A DNA stretch of 63,847 bases, counting the filler, from Octopus bimaculoides (Eukaryota): assembly GCF_001194135.2 (NCBI RefSeq). It is 4 parts of 4 records of this genome, joined end to end, with 100 filler letters (N's around TTAATTAATTAA, not from the genome) between each part and the next. Parts side by side here need not be neighbours in the genome. Positions count along the whole stretch, not along the records: positions 1 to 30,124 come from NC_068982.1; 3 more parts are not named here. The stretch is one strand, 5' to 3'. The notes under the pieces are model-generated. The model made no database searches. It had not been told where the DNA came from and saw nothing but the letters and a program-made list of their open reading frames with translations. Below, one piece after another: positions 1 through 13,796 of the stretch (positions within the stretch are counted from its first letter, which is position 1; the number at the start of each line of letters is the position of its first letter). A program made the position numbers and the translations under genes.

Positions 1-60
<60 letters not shown>

Positions 61-61
61 G

Positions 62-128
<67 letters not shown>

Positions 129-135
129 TATTATT
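1..135. repeat. (ATT)n/(TAA)n microsatellite, 3' tail/target of the adjacent Dong-like LINE
   Basis: Near-pure attattatt array from base 1 to about 135, directly abutting the 3' UTR of the minus-strand LINE. Confidence 0.97.
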
Positions 136-3074
136 CATATACACACAACAGATTAGACTGTTGGAAACGAAAAAATCCTAATATCGTGCTACAGTAAGTA
201 ACCTGAAATGCCAAGAACCCTCTTAAGTATCCTAGCTATCCCTAATAACTATGTTATGGAGCTGTACTAAATTGGGTTTTATGCCTATTTCGTCTATCCA
301 TCCGATCAAATGTTTAGGAATAGTTCTCACTGCACCTATAACTACTGAGATACATTTTACCTGCACTTTCCATAGTCTCTGTAATTCAATGGATGGGTCC
401 TGGTACTTTGTTATTTTTTCTATACCTCTCATACTGAATTTTTCATCATTTGGGACTGTAAAGTCAATTATCTCGCACTTTCTATTCTGTTTATTACTAC
501 TAAATAAGGCGTTCTAGCTTCTATTACTCAGACAGTCTGACTGTTAAAGTCGCACAACATTTCTTACTTTACTGGGTTCATGCTCATACCATTTAGCAGT
601 GTGTTCAAATTCTAGCTTTCTACATAACTCCAAGTGTATTATTCTCCCTAGGTTGTCATGTCCTTTCTTGTAGTCTTTCTATGCCAGCATGCTACATTCA
701 TTTACTATATGAATAACGCTTTCCTCTTTTGATTTTCATAACCTATATTGAGATTCTATTTGGTTTTTGTCTATCTTGGCTTTTATCCAATTATTCCTTG
801 ATTCTTGATCTTGTGCTGCTATCAACAAACTTTCCTTCTCCCTTTTCAGCCTTCTTTTCTGCAACCATAATCATGTCTCGTTACTACTATTTGCTGCATC
901 TATGTTTGGAAATCTACCATACAAATACTTCCTTTCTTGGTAAGTATAATGTTGCTATTCCTGCCCGTGGGCGGAAGCCTTCATTCATAGTGAACTCTTT
1001 CCTAGTTCTTCTGTTTAGCTTTATTAATTCAGTTTTTGTCCAATCTACAAAGGCTGCTGAGTATCTAAGTAATGATAATGCTCAAGTATTTATGGCCTTC
1101 ACTAGATGCGGACCATTTAGCTTTGACTTCATTAACTTCATTACCCACCTGATGTACTCCCCAATTTTCGTTTCCATTTCTTTTGTTAGTAATCTGTCAG
1201 ATTATAATACTCCTAGATACTTATAACTCTCTCCTCCTTTCAATGGTTTTAATGTCTTGCCGTCTGGTAGTTGGATGTCTTCGCAGTGGACTATCTGTCC
1301 CCTTCTCATGACTAATATTGCATACTTTTCTATGCCAAATTTCATGCCTATATCTTTGATGAAGAGTCTTACAGTCTGTATTAAGGAATCTATCTCCTTC
1401 ATTCTTACTAAAAAAAAGCTTCAGATCATCCATGTAGAGCAAATGGTTAATTTTCCCCTTATTATTTCTGAACTGGTACCCTGCCTTTGCTTTCCTTAAT
1501 ACTAAACTGAGTGGGATCAAACATAAGACAAATATTAAAGGGGATAACGTGTCCCCTTGGAAAATTCTTTTTTATATTAACTTTCCCTGAGACTGTGTCA
1601 CTTGAGTATAAATCTACTTTCCATTTCTTCATGCTAAAGCTAATTAATTCTCTTACGTTGTCTGTTATACTGAATATTCACTTAACATTCACTCAAACAT
1701 TCACTTATCCATGAGTGTGGGATCATGTCCTGGGCTTTCTTATAATCTATGCATGCTATTGTTAGATTTTTCATTCTAGCTTTTACTTCATTTAGAACTG
1801 CTTTCTTATGTATAATAGATCATGCGTTTCTGGAGGTTTCTTCTTGCAACCTTTCTATTCTTATGGTAGCAAATTCTGATTGTCAAGATGCTCGTGAATG
1901 CTTTCTGAAAGCATTCCTGTAAACAACTTCCATATAAATGATAGACAAATGATTGGACTATAACTGCTAACTGTATCACACTTGCTTTTATCTTTCATAA
2001 TGAGTATTGTGCTCCCTCTAGCAATCCAATCTAGTATTATTCCACCATTAAGAATCCTAGAGTTGTTCCCTCAGCCTCCTATGTAAACTACTGAATTTCT
2101 TTAGCTAGTACCCTTGAACTAAATCTGGTCCTGGGCCCTTCCAATTCGGCTTCCTATCACTTTACTCATTAATGCACTAGTTAATCATAGATCTGGCTGC
2201 TTCTCAGTCAGTACTTCTTCCCCCACTTTCTTTTCCTCATTCTGCATCTCCATTGACTGGCTTATCCCAAATATTACTCCAGAACTTTCTAGCTTCTGTA
2301 TTATGTTTCACATCTTCAGTACTTCGTTCACCACTATTTATTTGGCTATAAAATCTCTGACCTGTTTCAAATAATCTATTCTTTTGATATTGACCTATTC
2401 TTTTCTGATATCTGGAGAGCTTACCTGCTACTGCTATGATACACTGTTTCAACTCGTCTATGACTCTCCCAAATCCTTTCTCTTTGACTGAGTATCTTTT
2501 GTCAAGAGACAATTTGCATCTTGTGTTTCCCAACTTGTTCCGTTTCCATGCTCCCATTCTACTCAGATCTTGTCATATTTTGTAATTTCCTTTTCTACAT
2601 TTGCTCTTTTTCAATCTTTCCTTGTGGAATATCTAATCTTCTACTAACTGCTACCCTTCCTGCATAGATCAATAAGTTATTGTCTCCTATATTTTTGTGT
2701 CTGTCCTACTGATAACGGAATCTACTTTCCTAGGCATATCTAGTAGCTTCCTTCTGTTTACCTTTTAATGATGGCAATCGTTTTCTTATTACTTTACTCA
2801 TTACTTCCTGTAACTCATCTAAAATCTTCTGATCTTCCTCACTTTAATCACTTAAATCGCTGGTAACAGTTGTCCTTTCCTTATTGGTAGTGCTATTATT
2901 ATTTTTGCTTTTAGGTTCTTCTTTGGTTTGAGATGCATCTCTTATGTTGTTGTTTGTCTTTCCCACTGCATGGTCTTTCTTTTCCAGTTCACCTGTGATC
3001 TCTTCCACCTCTAATTCTGTCATCCACTTTCTTCTAATAGCATTAGCTCGATCTGCTAATCTCTGCTCAGTCAC
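136..3074 (-). mobile_element. Decayed R4/Dong-clade non-LTR retrotransposon, copy A (N-terminal region, RT, RLE endonuclease), frameshifted
   Basis: Minus-strand fragments in colinear order: TEQRLADRANAIRRKWMTELEVEEI (2844-3074), KLSRYQKRIGQYQKNRLFE (2237-2557), INHLLYMDDLKLF RT catalytic motif (1221-1520), IGMKFGIEK...YKYLGVL (1202-1402), and KITKYQD..IELQRLWK...VVIGA RLE C-terminus (232-432). Confidence 0.88.
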
Positions 3075-3222
3075 TTTCCTTACGTTCTGAGCTCAAATTC
3101 CACCGAAGTTGACTTTACCGTTCATCCTTTCGGGGTCGATAAATTAAGTACCAGTGAAACGCTGGGATCGATGTAATCGACTTAATCCCCTCCCCATGCT
3201 ACCTTTCAAGAAAAAAATTGAA
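3075..3222 (+). mobile_element. tRNA-derived SINE (octopus family with a Meta-domain-like core), 5'-truncated
   Basis: gttctgagctcaaattccaccgaagttgactttaccgttcatcctttcggggtcgataaattaagtaccag; the same core recurs at about 16.8, 24.0, 36.3, 42.7 and 49.9 kb. The family name is from recollection of the MetaSINE core. Confidence 0.8.
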
Positions 3223-3223
3223 A

Positions 3224-3329
<106 letters not shown>

Positions 3330-3877
3330 NNNNNNNNNNNNNNNNNNNNNNNNNNNNNNNNNNNNNNNNNNNNNNNNNNNNNNNNNNNNNNNNNNNNNNN
3401 NNNNNNNNNNNNNNNNNNNNNNNNNNNNNNNNNNNNNNNNNNNNNNNNNNNNNNNNNNNNNNNNNNNNNNNNNNNNNNNNNNNNNNNNNNNNNNNNNNNN
3501 NNNNNNNNNNNNNNNNNNNNNNNNNNNNNNNNNNNNNNNNNNNNNNNNNNNNNNNNNNNNNNNNNNNNNNNNNNNNNNNNNNNNNNNNNNNNNNNNNNNN
3601 NNNNNNNNNNNNNNNNNNNNNNNNNNNNNNNNNNNNNNNNNNNNNNNNNNNNNNNNNNNNNNNNNNNNNNNNNNNNNNNNNNNNNNNNNNNNNNNNNNNN
3701 NNNNNNNNNNNNNNNNNNNNNNNNNNNNNNNNNNNNNNNNNNNNNNNNNNNNNNNNNNNNNNNNNNNNNNNNNNNNNNNNNNNNNNNNNNNNNNNNNNNN
3801 NNNNNNNNNNNNNNNNNNNNNNNNNNNNNNNNNNNNNNNNNNNNNNNNNNNNNNNNNNNNNNNNNNNNNNNNNNNNN

Positions 3878-4954
3878 AACATGATCGATGGTCTCATTTT
3901 GTTGTTGGCATATACGACATAATGGGGAGATGCCGTTCTTTAATATGTTGGCCTGGTAGTTCTTTGTAGGTAGGCATTGATCTTGGGCTGCTATGATAAA
4001 CCCTTCTGTTTCTGATTTCAAACCAGAGGCCATTAGCCATTGATGGGTAAGGGCTTTGTCAATATCTGCATTATTCGCTCTCTTTGGGTATTTGCCATTG
4101 AGAGGTTTTCCATGCCATTTATCAGTCATAATATCTAAGGCAGCAATTTTAGCACGAGTTTTCCGTCGCTTAGCTTTTTCTGCGGGTGTTTCTAGTTCGT
4201 CTAATTCTTGTATTTGTTGTAATTGGAATTCACTTAGATATTCCTTTGCCTGTTTTGTTACTGAGTACGATGCTTTCCTGCTTTCATGTTTTGAGACAAG
4301 TTTTAGCATCCAGTCCTCAGAGTTTTTTCAGATAGGTGTCTAGGCCAATTGTGGCTACCTTCATTGTTAATGCCAGCTGTAGAAGTCCATGGCCTCCCTC
4401 TTTTCTCGGCAGATAGAGACGTTCTATATCTGCCTTAGGGTGGTGTATTCTATGCATTGTCAACAGTTTTCGTATTTTTCTATCAACATTACATATTTCA
4501 GTAATTGACCATTTAACGATATTGAAACTATAAGTCACGACTGGTATGACTAGAGCATTGATCGCTTCGATCCTGTTTCTTGCGTTTAGCTCTGTCTTCA
4601 GTATTGCTCTCACCCTGCGATAACATTCTCTTCTGATCCTTTCCCTCATCACCGAATGCTTAATATTGTCCCCTTCAATTACCCCTAGGTATTTGTAGCT
4701 CTCCGCTGGTTCTAACTCTTTTATGACATTTTGCTGGTCAAGGTTCACATTAGATGTTTTTGTCATTATTCCTTTGATAAAGGTAGCTTTTGCACATTTA
4801 TCAAGGCCAAATTGCATCCTAATGTCATCACTGAATTGTTTAACAATCGCTAGTAGGCCTTTGAGTTGTTGGTCATTCTTTGCAAAAAGCTTTAAATCAT
4901 CCATGTAAATGAGATGATTTATATTTTTATCAAATATTTTATAACCATACTGTG

Positions 4955-4955
<1 letters not shown>
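3878..4955 (-). mobile_element. R4/Dong-clade LINE, family B copy 1 (5'-truncated just before the RT YMDD motif; 3' part lost in the gap)
   Basis: NAQYGYKIFDKNINHLIYMDDLKLFAKND...YKYLGVIEGD...AINALVIPVVTYSF...LYLPRKEGGHGL (4317-4955), then GLKSETEGFIIAAQDQ and the CRIC...ETIDHV zinc knuckle (3878-4309). The 5' junction is fused to (AAT)n. Confidence 0.93.

Positions 4956-5016
<61 letters not shown>
4956..5016. repeat. (ATT)n microsatellite between two LINE copies
   Basis: About 20 ATT units serving as both the 5' flank of copy B1 and the 3' tail of copy B2. Confidence 0.97.
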
Positions 5017-5761
5017 GATGTTTGACTTTTGCTTTACATTTGTACAAGTTGGCTCCAAGTCTCACCCAGAAACCTCAAGAGACAGCAAGTTAGAAGTTTA
5101 TGTTGGTGTTATACCTAGGATGCCATTTGTTTGGCTTTGTAGATAGTGTTGTTCTAGAGAACGTTTAAGAAACCATAAGAAAATTGTGTTTGTTTTAAAA
5201 TTTGAGATTACATAGTCAGTATTTTACGTAGGATATGGGCAGTTCCCATGTGCACTATCTTTTGAATTTCTGTTATTTGGGGGTTTCCTGGTATCTGAGC
5301 TAGGTAGCAACCACCCCCTTTTGCTATCATTCCTTGGGCACCTATGAGAACAAGTATTGTTTTAGTCTTTAGGTTCCACATTTTACTAATTTCTATTTCA
5401 AGTTCTTTATACTTGCTCAGGTTTTAGTAGGTTTTGACAAATACATTTATGTCTATTGGGACAGTCATATCAATGAGGAGGCATGATTTTTGTTTGAAGT
5501 CTTTCAGCATGATGTCTGGCCTATTTGCATCTATCTTTCTGTCAGTTTGAATGGTGAAGTTCCAGAGGAGTGAGATGCGATCATTTCAAGTACTGGGGGT
5601 GGTTTGTGTTCTCACCAGTTTTTATCATTGGGCAAGTTCAGATTTTTGCAAATTACCCAGTGAATATATTGTGCAGTTCTATCATGCCTGTTGAGATACT
5701 CTGTAGGTGCAAGAAGACTGCATATGGAGACAACATGATCAATGGTCTCATTTTGTGTTCT
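5017..5761 (-). mobile_element. R4/Dong-clade LINE, family B copy 2 (3' end: zinc knuckle, RLE domain, 3' UTR)
   Basis: ETIDHVVSICSLLAPTEYLNRHD..QYIHWVIC (5612-5760) and an RPDIM..D...CLLIDMTVPID..KT..NLSKYKELEIE-like RLE. The 3' UTR is nucleotide-similar to 59274-59400. Confidence 0.9.
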
Positions 5762-8700
5762 CATTGCACAACTGAGTGCAGATCTGTGTGCCTTGGGTAC
5801 GCGATGTTTTTGGGGGGTGAGGGTGGGGTGGGGTGGAGTGGTAGTGAGAATGTTGTTAGTCATACTGTATTAAAAGTGTTCTGTGTAGGATGTATGTAGT
5901 GTCCAGCAGTGTTATTTTCTGTATGCCATATATATTCATATAACCTGAAACGGACCGGCGTCCCTTCCAGGCGGGGAACCTATACGCCAATGAAACCAGG
6001 AAACCGGCCAACACTTAGGAGCCAGTATGGTCCGAGAAGGAACAAACAACAAAATCATATATATTCATATGTCCTGGTGTTTTGGTTATGTATCTGTTTG
6101 TATGCTTTTTAACTGTGCTAATGCACCTATTATTACAGAGATTATTTCTGTCTTCAAGCCACACATTCAGGCTATCGCTATTTCTAGATTTTGTATTTCG
6201 AGAGTCACTCCATTTCTTTTAGAGATACTTTTTCATTTATTGAGACTGATATGTCGATTAGAAGGCAACATTTTCGTAGTGGTCACTGACAACAATATCT
6301 AGTCTATTAGCCTTGGTCTTTCTGTCTGTATATATTCGCATATCCCAGAGTATGTCATTGTCTGAGATCTTTTCTAGGGTATGCCCATATCATCTTTTTC
6401 CTGCTGTCATTCTGTAGTACTGGAACAACTTCCATTAAGTCTCAACCCTGTTTTCCTATCTAATTTGATTAGTTCATTTAGTGTCCAATTAAGACAATTG
6501 TAATTGAAACTTATAACTCGGACAGCTAGAGTATTGATACCTATTATCGTATTTTTCGCATTCAGCTCTGCTTTAAGTATTACCCTGATTCATCACCAAT
6601 ATTCCTTCTTGATCTTTTCTTTCATGAGTGCGTGTTGTACCATATCTATTTCGTTGATTACTAAGTTTTTATATGTCTTCGTTTGTTCTAGCTCTCTTAT
6701 TTCGTTTTCTTTATCGAGTGTAATATGATTATTCGTAATTAGTTTCCTTCCTTTCAAGGTTGCTTTAGCAAATTTTTCTAGGCGGAATTTCATATTCATT
6801 TCTTTGGTAAATCCTTACACTGCCTGCAGCAGTGTTTCCAATTGTTTATCATTTGCAGCATACAGCTTGAAATCATCCATATACAAGATAAGGGTGATTG
6901 TTTTACCATAGCAGTTATATCCACATTCAGTCCTGTTTAGCATCTCGGCTAAAGGCTGGAATATTCCTCTTCTAATGCGATGGTTTTCGTTTTTATAATT
7001 CCCTCTCTTGTCTCTAGCTGCAATACTGTTTGCTATTTATTCATAACACGTTTTATCAATTTTAGTACTGTTGATGGTGCCTTGACTAGCGTTTCCTGGA
7101 TCCTTGTGTGGGAGATACTGTCAAAAGCTTTCTGGTAATAGATCTAAGCCATTCTTTTTCTTTCAGCAGTCTTCAGTTATGGCTTTGTTGATTAGTAACT
7201 GACCTTTACCGCTAAATGAGCCTTTACAGCATCTCTTTGGCTCTTTTGGAAACAGATTGCTTCTTTCTCGATATTGTTGCAGTTAAGGGCTTGTAAGGTG
7301 TAGAGCGACAAGTTACCAGTCTACCGTTTTGTGAGCTTGTAGCTTCGGCAGATTTGGGAATAAAGATGATTTCTCCGCTCTGTGAGTCATTCAGGCGTTG
7401 TTTCTGGTTCAGTCAGCATCCCGTTGAATTTATCTGCCAGCGCCTTATGTGTCCATGTTAAATATTTTAGCCTGAAGTTTGGAATCTTGTCTTGGTACCT
7501 TCTAGTTATCTAATTTTGCAATCCTTGGGTTACCTCTTCCGTATCCAGAGTTGTTCAGGTGCTGTGTTTGTCGTTTTAATTAATTTTTTCGAGGTAGGAG
7601 GGGTCCTTCATCACCCATAATTCTTTCTAAAATTTTCGGCGTCTCCTGCTGCTATCACTGCATCGATTTCTATTTTATTTTTACCAAATTCTTGGTAGAA
7701 ACATTTTGGATTGGAGATAAACTGCTTGTTTTGTTTAAAAAGCCGTTTAGCGTCTTTCATATCGATGGATTCTTTGTGCTTTGGCGAGGATGTCTTGCTT
7801 TAGATGTTCTTTTGTTTTATGTACATTTTGTTTTGTTATTTTATATTTCAGTAGTATTTTTCTTTCTTTCTTGTTGTTTAGTAGTGTTGTTTGGTTGCTA
7901 GTTTCCTGGATTGACAAATTCTTTCTTTCATTTTCTGTCTTTCTTCTGGATTTCCATATTGTTTGTTTATGCTTTGATGCTCTCATTAGGGTGGATTTGA
8001 AGGGGTGGAGGTACATTCAGTGGTTCATACTATGTTCTATGGATTTTAATACTTCGATTATACTCAATTTTCAAATATCATAATTATGGTTTCCGATTTC
8101 ATTGTTTCCACTTTTTAGGTTTGCTACCGTTTCTGATTTTTATTTTTTTGTTCTGCTTTAGTGTATTTTGGTCTTCCTTGAGAAGACAAAGCATGAGTTT
8201 GTTGTGTTTCGTTATTTACATAATTTTTGCTGCACGTGTTATGTTTATCTTTGTTTCACATTCTCATTATCTATATTATTTTTATGTATTCTATGGACAC
8301 TATTTGCGTGTTCGTGATGTGTTTTTCTTTTAAATGCTGTTTCAATTTCTGATATATTTTTCGTTTTAAGGGTGTATCTCCTTATTGGGTGCATCGGTGT
8401 ATTCAAATCTGAGTTACTTTTCTTCCAGACTTCATATGAGTATGCTGTTGTACTTTCATGTTGTGAGTAGAGTATTACTGTAAAATAAGCGTGTAGGATA
8501 GAAATACATTCCTCCCGTGTCCACTTATGTCTTACTTTTGTTTTATTTGTGAGACGTGAGGAATAATGTTTGGTCCTTTTCTTCGCTTGTCATCATTTTC
8601 GTACGGCACCGGTCCGCTCGTTTCGGATTTTAAAGAGTTTTTGCTCGTGTAATTCTTCATACTTTTTATGTAATAAAGTTTTAAGTACGCACTTCACGTT

Positions 8701-8800
8701 TGTGATTTTGGGGCTGAACAACACACGTATTATTAAAATTTTTCTTAATTTTTTTGTGCATGACAGTTGGAGACCGAGGTGATCTGTTGTTGGCATCAAC
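5762..8800 (-). mobile_element. R4/Dong-clade LINE, family C copy, near full length but decayed with an internal deletion
   Basis: N-terminal RHKWTREECISIL (about 8500-8540); ILAKAQRIHRYERR (7747-7800); RT with LADKFNGMLTEPETTPE..IFIPK and YMDDFKLY (about 6860-7450); MKFRLEKFAKATLK (6593-6799); RLE CLLIDISV...KEME*LSKYK (6050-6330). 5765-5940 matches the 3' end of the copy at 60940-61080. Confidence 0.82.
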
Positions 8801-8989
8801 CGTACTCTGACGATCGTGTTTACATGTGATGTAAGAATCTGGAGATCGTAAACATTTCTAATATATCATTTAATTTGGAAACTAGAATTAAGTTTTAATG
8901 AGTATTACACATTTATAGTTCAACTTTTTCTAAACGTTTTTTTTTTAGGTTTCATTTGTCATTTTTACTCTTTTTCTCCCTTGGTAATA

Positions 8990-9660
8990 GACCATCTTTC
9001 TAACGGAATACCCTGAAAACCTGTTCAAGAGATTTTCCAATTTGGTAATTTGTTAAGTATCTTTCTCCCTTTCACATCTGTAATATTTATATCCATTTGT
9101 CATGATCTATTTTCCATTTCGCTTTTAGATTTATGTAACCAATCCACTTTCCGCTTATGTTGAATCTCTTTGCTTCAAATATCTAGCCAAAAGTTCCTTG
9201 CTGCTTCAGCATATGACACACCATTCCTTTGATGATCAGCTGTTGGTAAAATTTCGTTCCAGTGTTTCTGAAAAGCTTGTTCTGTTGTTGATAATTTTTC
9301 TTTGTTGATATCTATTTTTTTTTTACCTAACATTACCGTAAGTTTTAGCCGCATCATTTCTTTTAGCTGCCTCTAAACTTATGTCCCTAATATTGTATTT
9401 TCGTTCCTGTGTCTTTCCTTCACCGTCTTTTCAATTATAATTGTTCTCTATTGAGCTGTTAAACTTAAATTTCAAGTCTTCATTCCCAGCATGGGTCATT
9501 GCCTTTTTTTATTTACTTGACTTTTAACCTGAACAGATGCTGTGCAGTGTATAAGGCCGTTTACATCTGTGACATTGATTTTCGTTAACAGCTTGTCCAA
9601 CTTTACTACTCTACGCAATTTTGACTATCAATTTCTCCTAAAACTGCTAGCCTCGATCTT
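8990..9660 (-). mobile_element. Highly decayed Dong-like LINE N-terminal/RT-start fragment
   Basis: Minus-strand translation gives TDVNGLIHCTASV...DPCWE*RLE (the family's P.W..RL motif) and an NWK-like RT entry near 9040. Confidence 0.5.
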
Positions 9661-9924
9661 TCATTAATTCATGTCTCATTTAGCCATTGTAATAAGTTCC
9701 TTTTTTCTCTGTAATATCCTTTCCTATCATGAAGAAAAACTTGTATTCACCCTCACTGCAACTTTCCTTCTAATGATTCATTGGTCATTCTGCCATTTCT
9801 TGTTCAATTTCCACGTCACCATGTTTCTCTGCTTTAAAGACCCCTCCCATTTCCAGCTGGGATGGCCATATTCTTTTCATGATTTAATTCTTTTGATCTA
9901 GAAATTTTTGTTCTTTGACAGGCA

Positions 9925-9926
<2 letters not shown>

Positions 9927-9977
<51 letters not shown>

Positions 9978-9985
9978 TCTCTCTT
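9927..9985. repeat. (CT)n microsatellite
   Basis: Direct inspection. Confidence 0.95.
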
Positions 9986-11214
9986 TGTTCGTATTTCATG
10001 CATTCTTTTCCTGTATCCAATTTTGACACGCTAGCTTCTGATGTAACATTCCATATGAATTCTGTTATCACTTTGAAACCATGTTAACCCTCACAACAGC
10101 TGAATAACAAGCAGATCCATCCTGCTGTACAATGGAATACTTTTGTTGTAGCTGTTTCTTTGGATGAATGTTACCATGGGGACGTTTATGATTTCACCGT
10201 TTTAAATTTTACCTCGTTTATCTGAGTTTGTTCTTGATTTGTTTCTGTGGATCGTCATACTCTCACTGTGTTTTGAGGGCTCATTTATTGTATGGATAGT
10301 TGTCACTGTTATGTGTCTTTCTTTCTTTGGTGGAGTCTTAGGTATTTTGTACGCGGTGGATTCTGCTGTGCTGCTTTCAGTGGTTTGGAGTCGTTCATCT
10401 TTTTATTTGCAGTCGGTTCTTTTGTTTTATTTTCTATGTGTAGCTTTTCTGAGTCGCTGTACTTTACATTTTCACTTCTGTCACCATTTAATATAAATCT
10501 CCGTATATTTGCAAAGGCATTCGCATTGGTGTTTTCCTCATTCTGCTTTCTATTCAGCTTGCCGTCGCTTTGACAGTGTATGTGTTTGTTTAGTATAATA
10601 ATTTGGGAGTGTAATAGACTTCAATGCCGTGTTCATCGACTCTGTATTCTCTATTAATTTTGTGTTTATTTTAAGACTCTTGTAGTTAGAGATAATCCTT
10701 TCTGCTCGGAGTAAACATTTTAAAAGTTCGCCGCTCCTAAATAACATGTTACATTATTTTACATTATGTCGTGATGAGAAAAATAAAAAAAAAAATAACA
10801 AAAAAACCTCATGCCACGAAATTCTTTATACCTCCTTACTCGGCCTGTTTATTTTTGCTGTTGATAGCTTTATCTGCGGATTTAATTGCTTTGCTTTAAG
10901 TTGGTCTAGTCTTGTTTTGCATTGAACAGATTTGTTTCACACTGTTTTTGATTATCTCGACTATTCATATGTCCTTTAAATTCGTATGTGTATGTAAATC
11001 ATTTAGACAATATATTTTGTATGTTACAGCCGCATATAAAACTAATAATATCATCAGTATAATTGCACCTACTGGGAGAATTTCATTTTCTATTATTCGT
11101 AATCATAACTTCATTCTTTTGTTTCACACTTCCACTTCATTTACCTATATTTTGTACTTATTTCAACGACATTTTCTTGGACAGTAATGAAAAAACGACA
11201 AATAGTCATAGAAC

Positions 11215-11238
11215 TACTACTACTACTAGTACTACTAA

Positions 11239-11298
<60 letters not shown>

Positions 11299-11517
11299 CA
11301 GTAGTAGTAGTAGTAGTAGTAGTAGTTTTCCGAAGGTCCCTATGGTGGCTGCCATTTGATAGCGATGCTAGTAGTGCTGTTTTTTTATGATATTAAGAGC
11401 AGGGTTTGTGACTAACATATATAGTAGTACCGACAATACTATGGAATGAAGTCGCTCGTACTGATGCTGGTGATATTGACAGTGACGGTGATAGTAGTGC
11501 TGTTGATGGTGGTGGTG

Positions 11518-11561
<44 letters not shown>

Positions 11562-11717
11562 TGGTGGGTGTTGTCGGTGAAACTGGAAACGTCGTTGAAA
11601 TATTGACAATTGCTGCAAACCACCGCCCCAAAAGCCAAATAGGAAAATGAACAAAATCTAAATAATATATACGAAAAACGAAAAAACAACAACGACCAGG
11701 ACACACTAACAATGGTG

Positions 11718-11750
<33 letters not shown>

Positions 11751-11971
11751 GGAGGAGGAGGAGGAGAAGGAGGATGGTGGTAGTGGTGATGGTGGTGCTG
11801 GTGGTGATGTTAGTGATGGTGACGTAGTAATTCTGGCAATATTAAGAGTAATAGTAGAAGCAATACCAGCAGTAGTAGTAGTAATGACAATGTTCAAATA
11901 ACAAGACATAACAATCTCCATAATGATCAAAATAACGACAATAATAATATCAATAAGAATAATAACAAAAC

Positions 11972-12030
<59 letters not shown>

Positions 12031-12048
12031 TTGATGATGATGATGATG

Positions 12049-12106
<58 letters not shown>

Positions 12107-13748
12107 TAATAATAANNNNNNNNNNNNNNNNNNNNNNNNNNNNNNNNNNNNNNNNNNNNNNNNNNNNNNNNNNNNNNNNNNNNNNNNNNNNNNNNNNNNN
12201 NNNNNNNNNNNNNNNNNNNNNNNNNNNNNNNNNNNNNNNNNNNNNNNNNNNNNNNNNNNNNNNNNNNNNNNNNNNNNNNNNNNNNNNNNNNNNNNNNNNN
12301 NNNNNNNNNNNNNNNNNNNNNNNNNNNNNNNNNNNNNNNNNNNNNNNNNNNNNNNNNNNNNNNNNNNNNNNNNNNNNNNNNNNNNNNNNNNNNNNNNNNN
12401 NNNNNNNNNNNNNNNNNNNNNNNNNNNNNNNNNNNNNNNNNNNNNNNNNNNNNNNNNNNNNNNNNNNNNNNNNNNNNNNNNNNNNNNNNNNNNNNNNNNN
12501 NNNNNNNNNNNNNNNNNNNNNNNNNNNNNNNNNNNNNNNNNNNNNNNNNNNNNNNNNNNNNNNNNNNNNNNNNNNNNNNNNNNNNNNNNNNNNNNNNNNN
12601 NNNNNNNNNNNNNNNNNNNNNNNNNNNNNNNNNNNNNNNNNNNNNNNNNNNNNNNNNNNNNNNNNNNNNNNNNNNNNNNNNNNNNNNNNNNNNNNNNNNN
12701 NNNNNNNNNNNNNNNNNNNNNNNNNNNNNNNNNNNNNNNNNNNNNNNNNNNNNNNNNNNATAATGATATCAATAATAAAGCAGACCAATCAACAACAGCT
12801 ACAACATGAACAAAAAAACAAACAAAAAAACACTCATTAATACAATGACGATGACGACGACTACGACCACGACCACCACTAACGACAACAACCACAGTAA
12901 TAAACAACGGCAGCAGCAGCGAACTGAATTAAAATATAAATGAAGGGTAAATAAAAATATAAAACACATTGGAAAAACAACAGCAAAATAAAGAAATTAT
13001 GTACAAAAAAGTAAAAAAATAAAAAAACAGCAGAAAGAATACGAATGAAAAGACGGAAAAAGATAAAGCAAATAAAAATAAATAAAACAAATTTGGATGA
13101 AAAAACTGGAAAACAAAAACAAAATGAGATGATAAAAATATAAACAAGAAACAAGAAATACTAAAAAAACAAAATGGCGGAAAAATCGATTGACTTGTTA
13201 ATCCGGTGTGTAGAGCCGTAAGTTTGTGATCGAACGGAAAGCTTGTGCTGCCAGAGGGATGATTGGGGTGGTAGTGTGGTAGTGATGGGTGAGGGAAGGA
13301 CAGGATGTACGTGTGTATGTGTGTCTGTGTGTGTGTATATATAGATTTGTGTTTGTATATCTATATATATGTATGTTAACATTTTTATATGTGTGTGCTT
13401 ATGTTTTTATGTATGTACGTTGCATATGTCTATATATGGACATATATATGCATATATATATATATATATATGTATGTATATATATATATNNNNNNNNNNN
13501 NNNNNNNNNNNNNNNNNNNNNNNNNNNNNNNNNNNNNNNNNNNNNNNNNNNNNNNNNNNNNNNNNNNNNNNNNNNNNNNNNNNNNNNNNNNNNNNNNNNN
13601 NNNNNNNNNNNNNNNNNNNNNNNNNNNNNNNNNNNNNNNNNNNNNNNNNNNNNNNNNNNNNNNNNNNNNTATGAACATACATATGTCACGTATTTTACGT
13701 ATGTCTCATGTGTATGTCTGTATAGATGTTTGCCTTACGCACATATAT

Positions 13749-13796
<48 letters not shown>

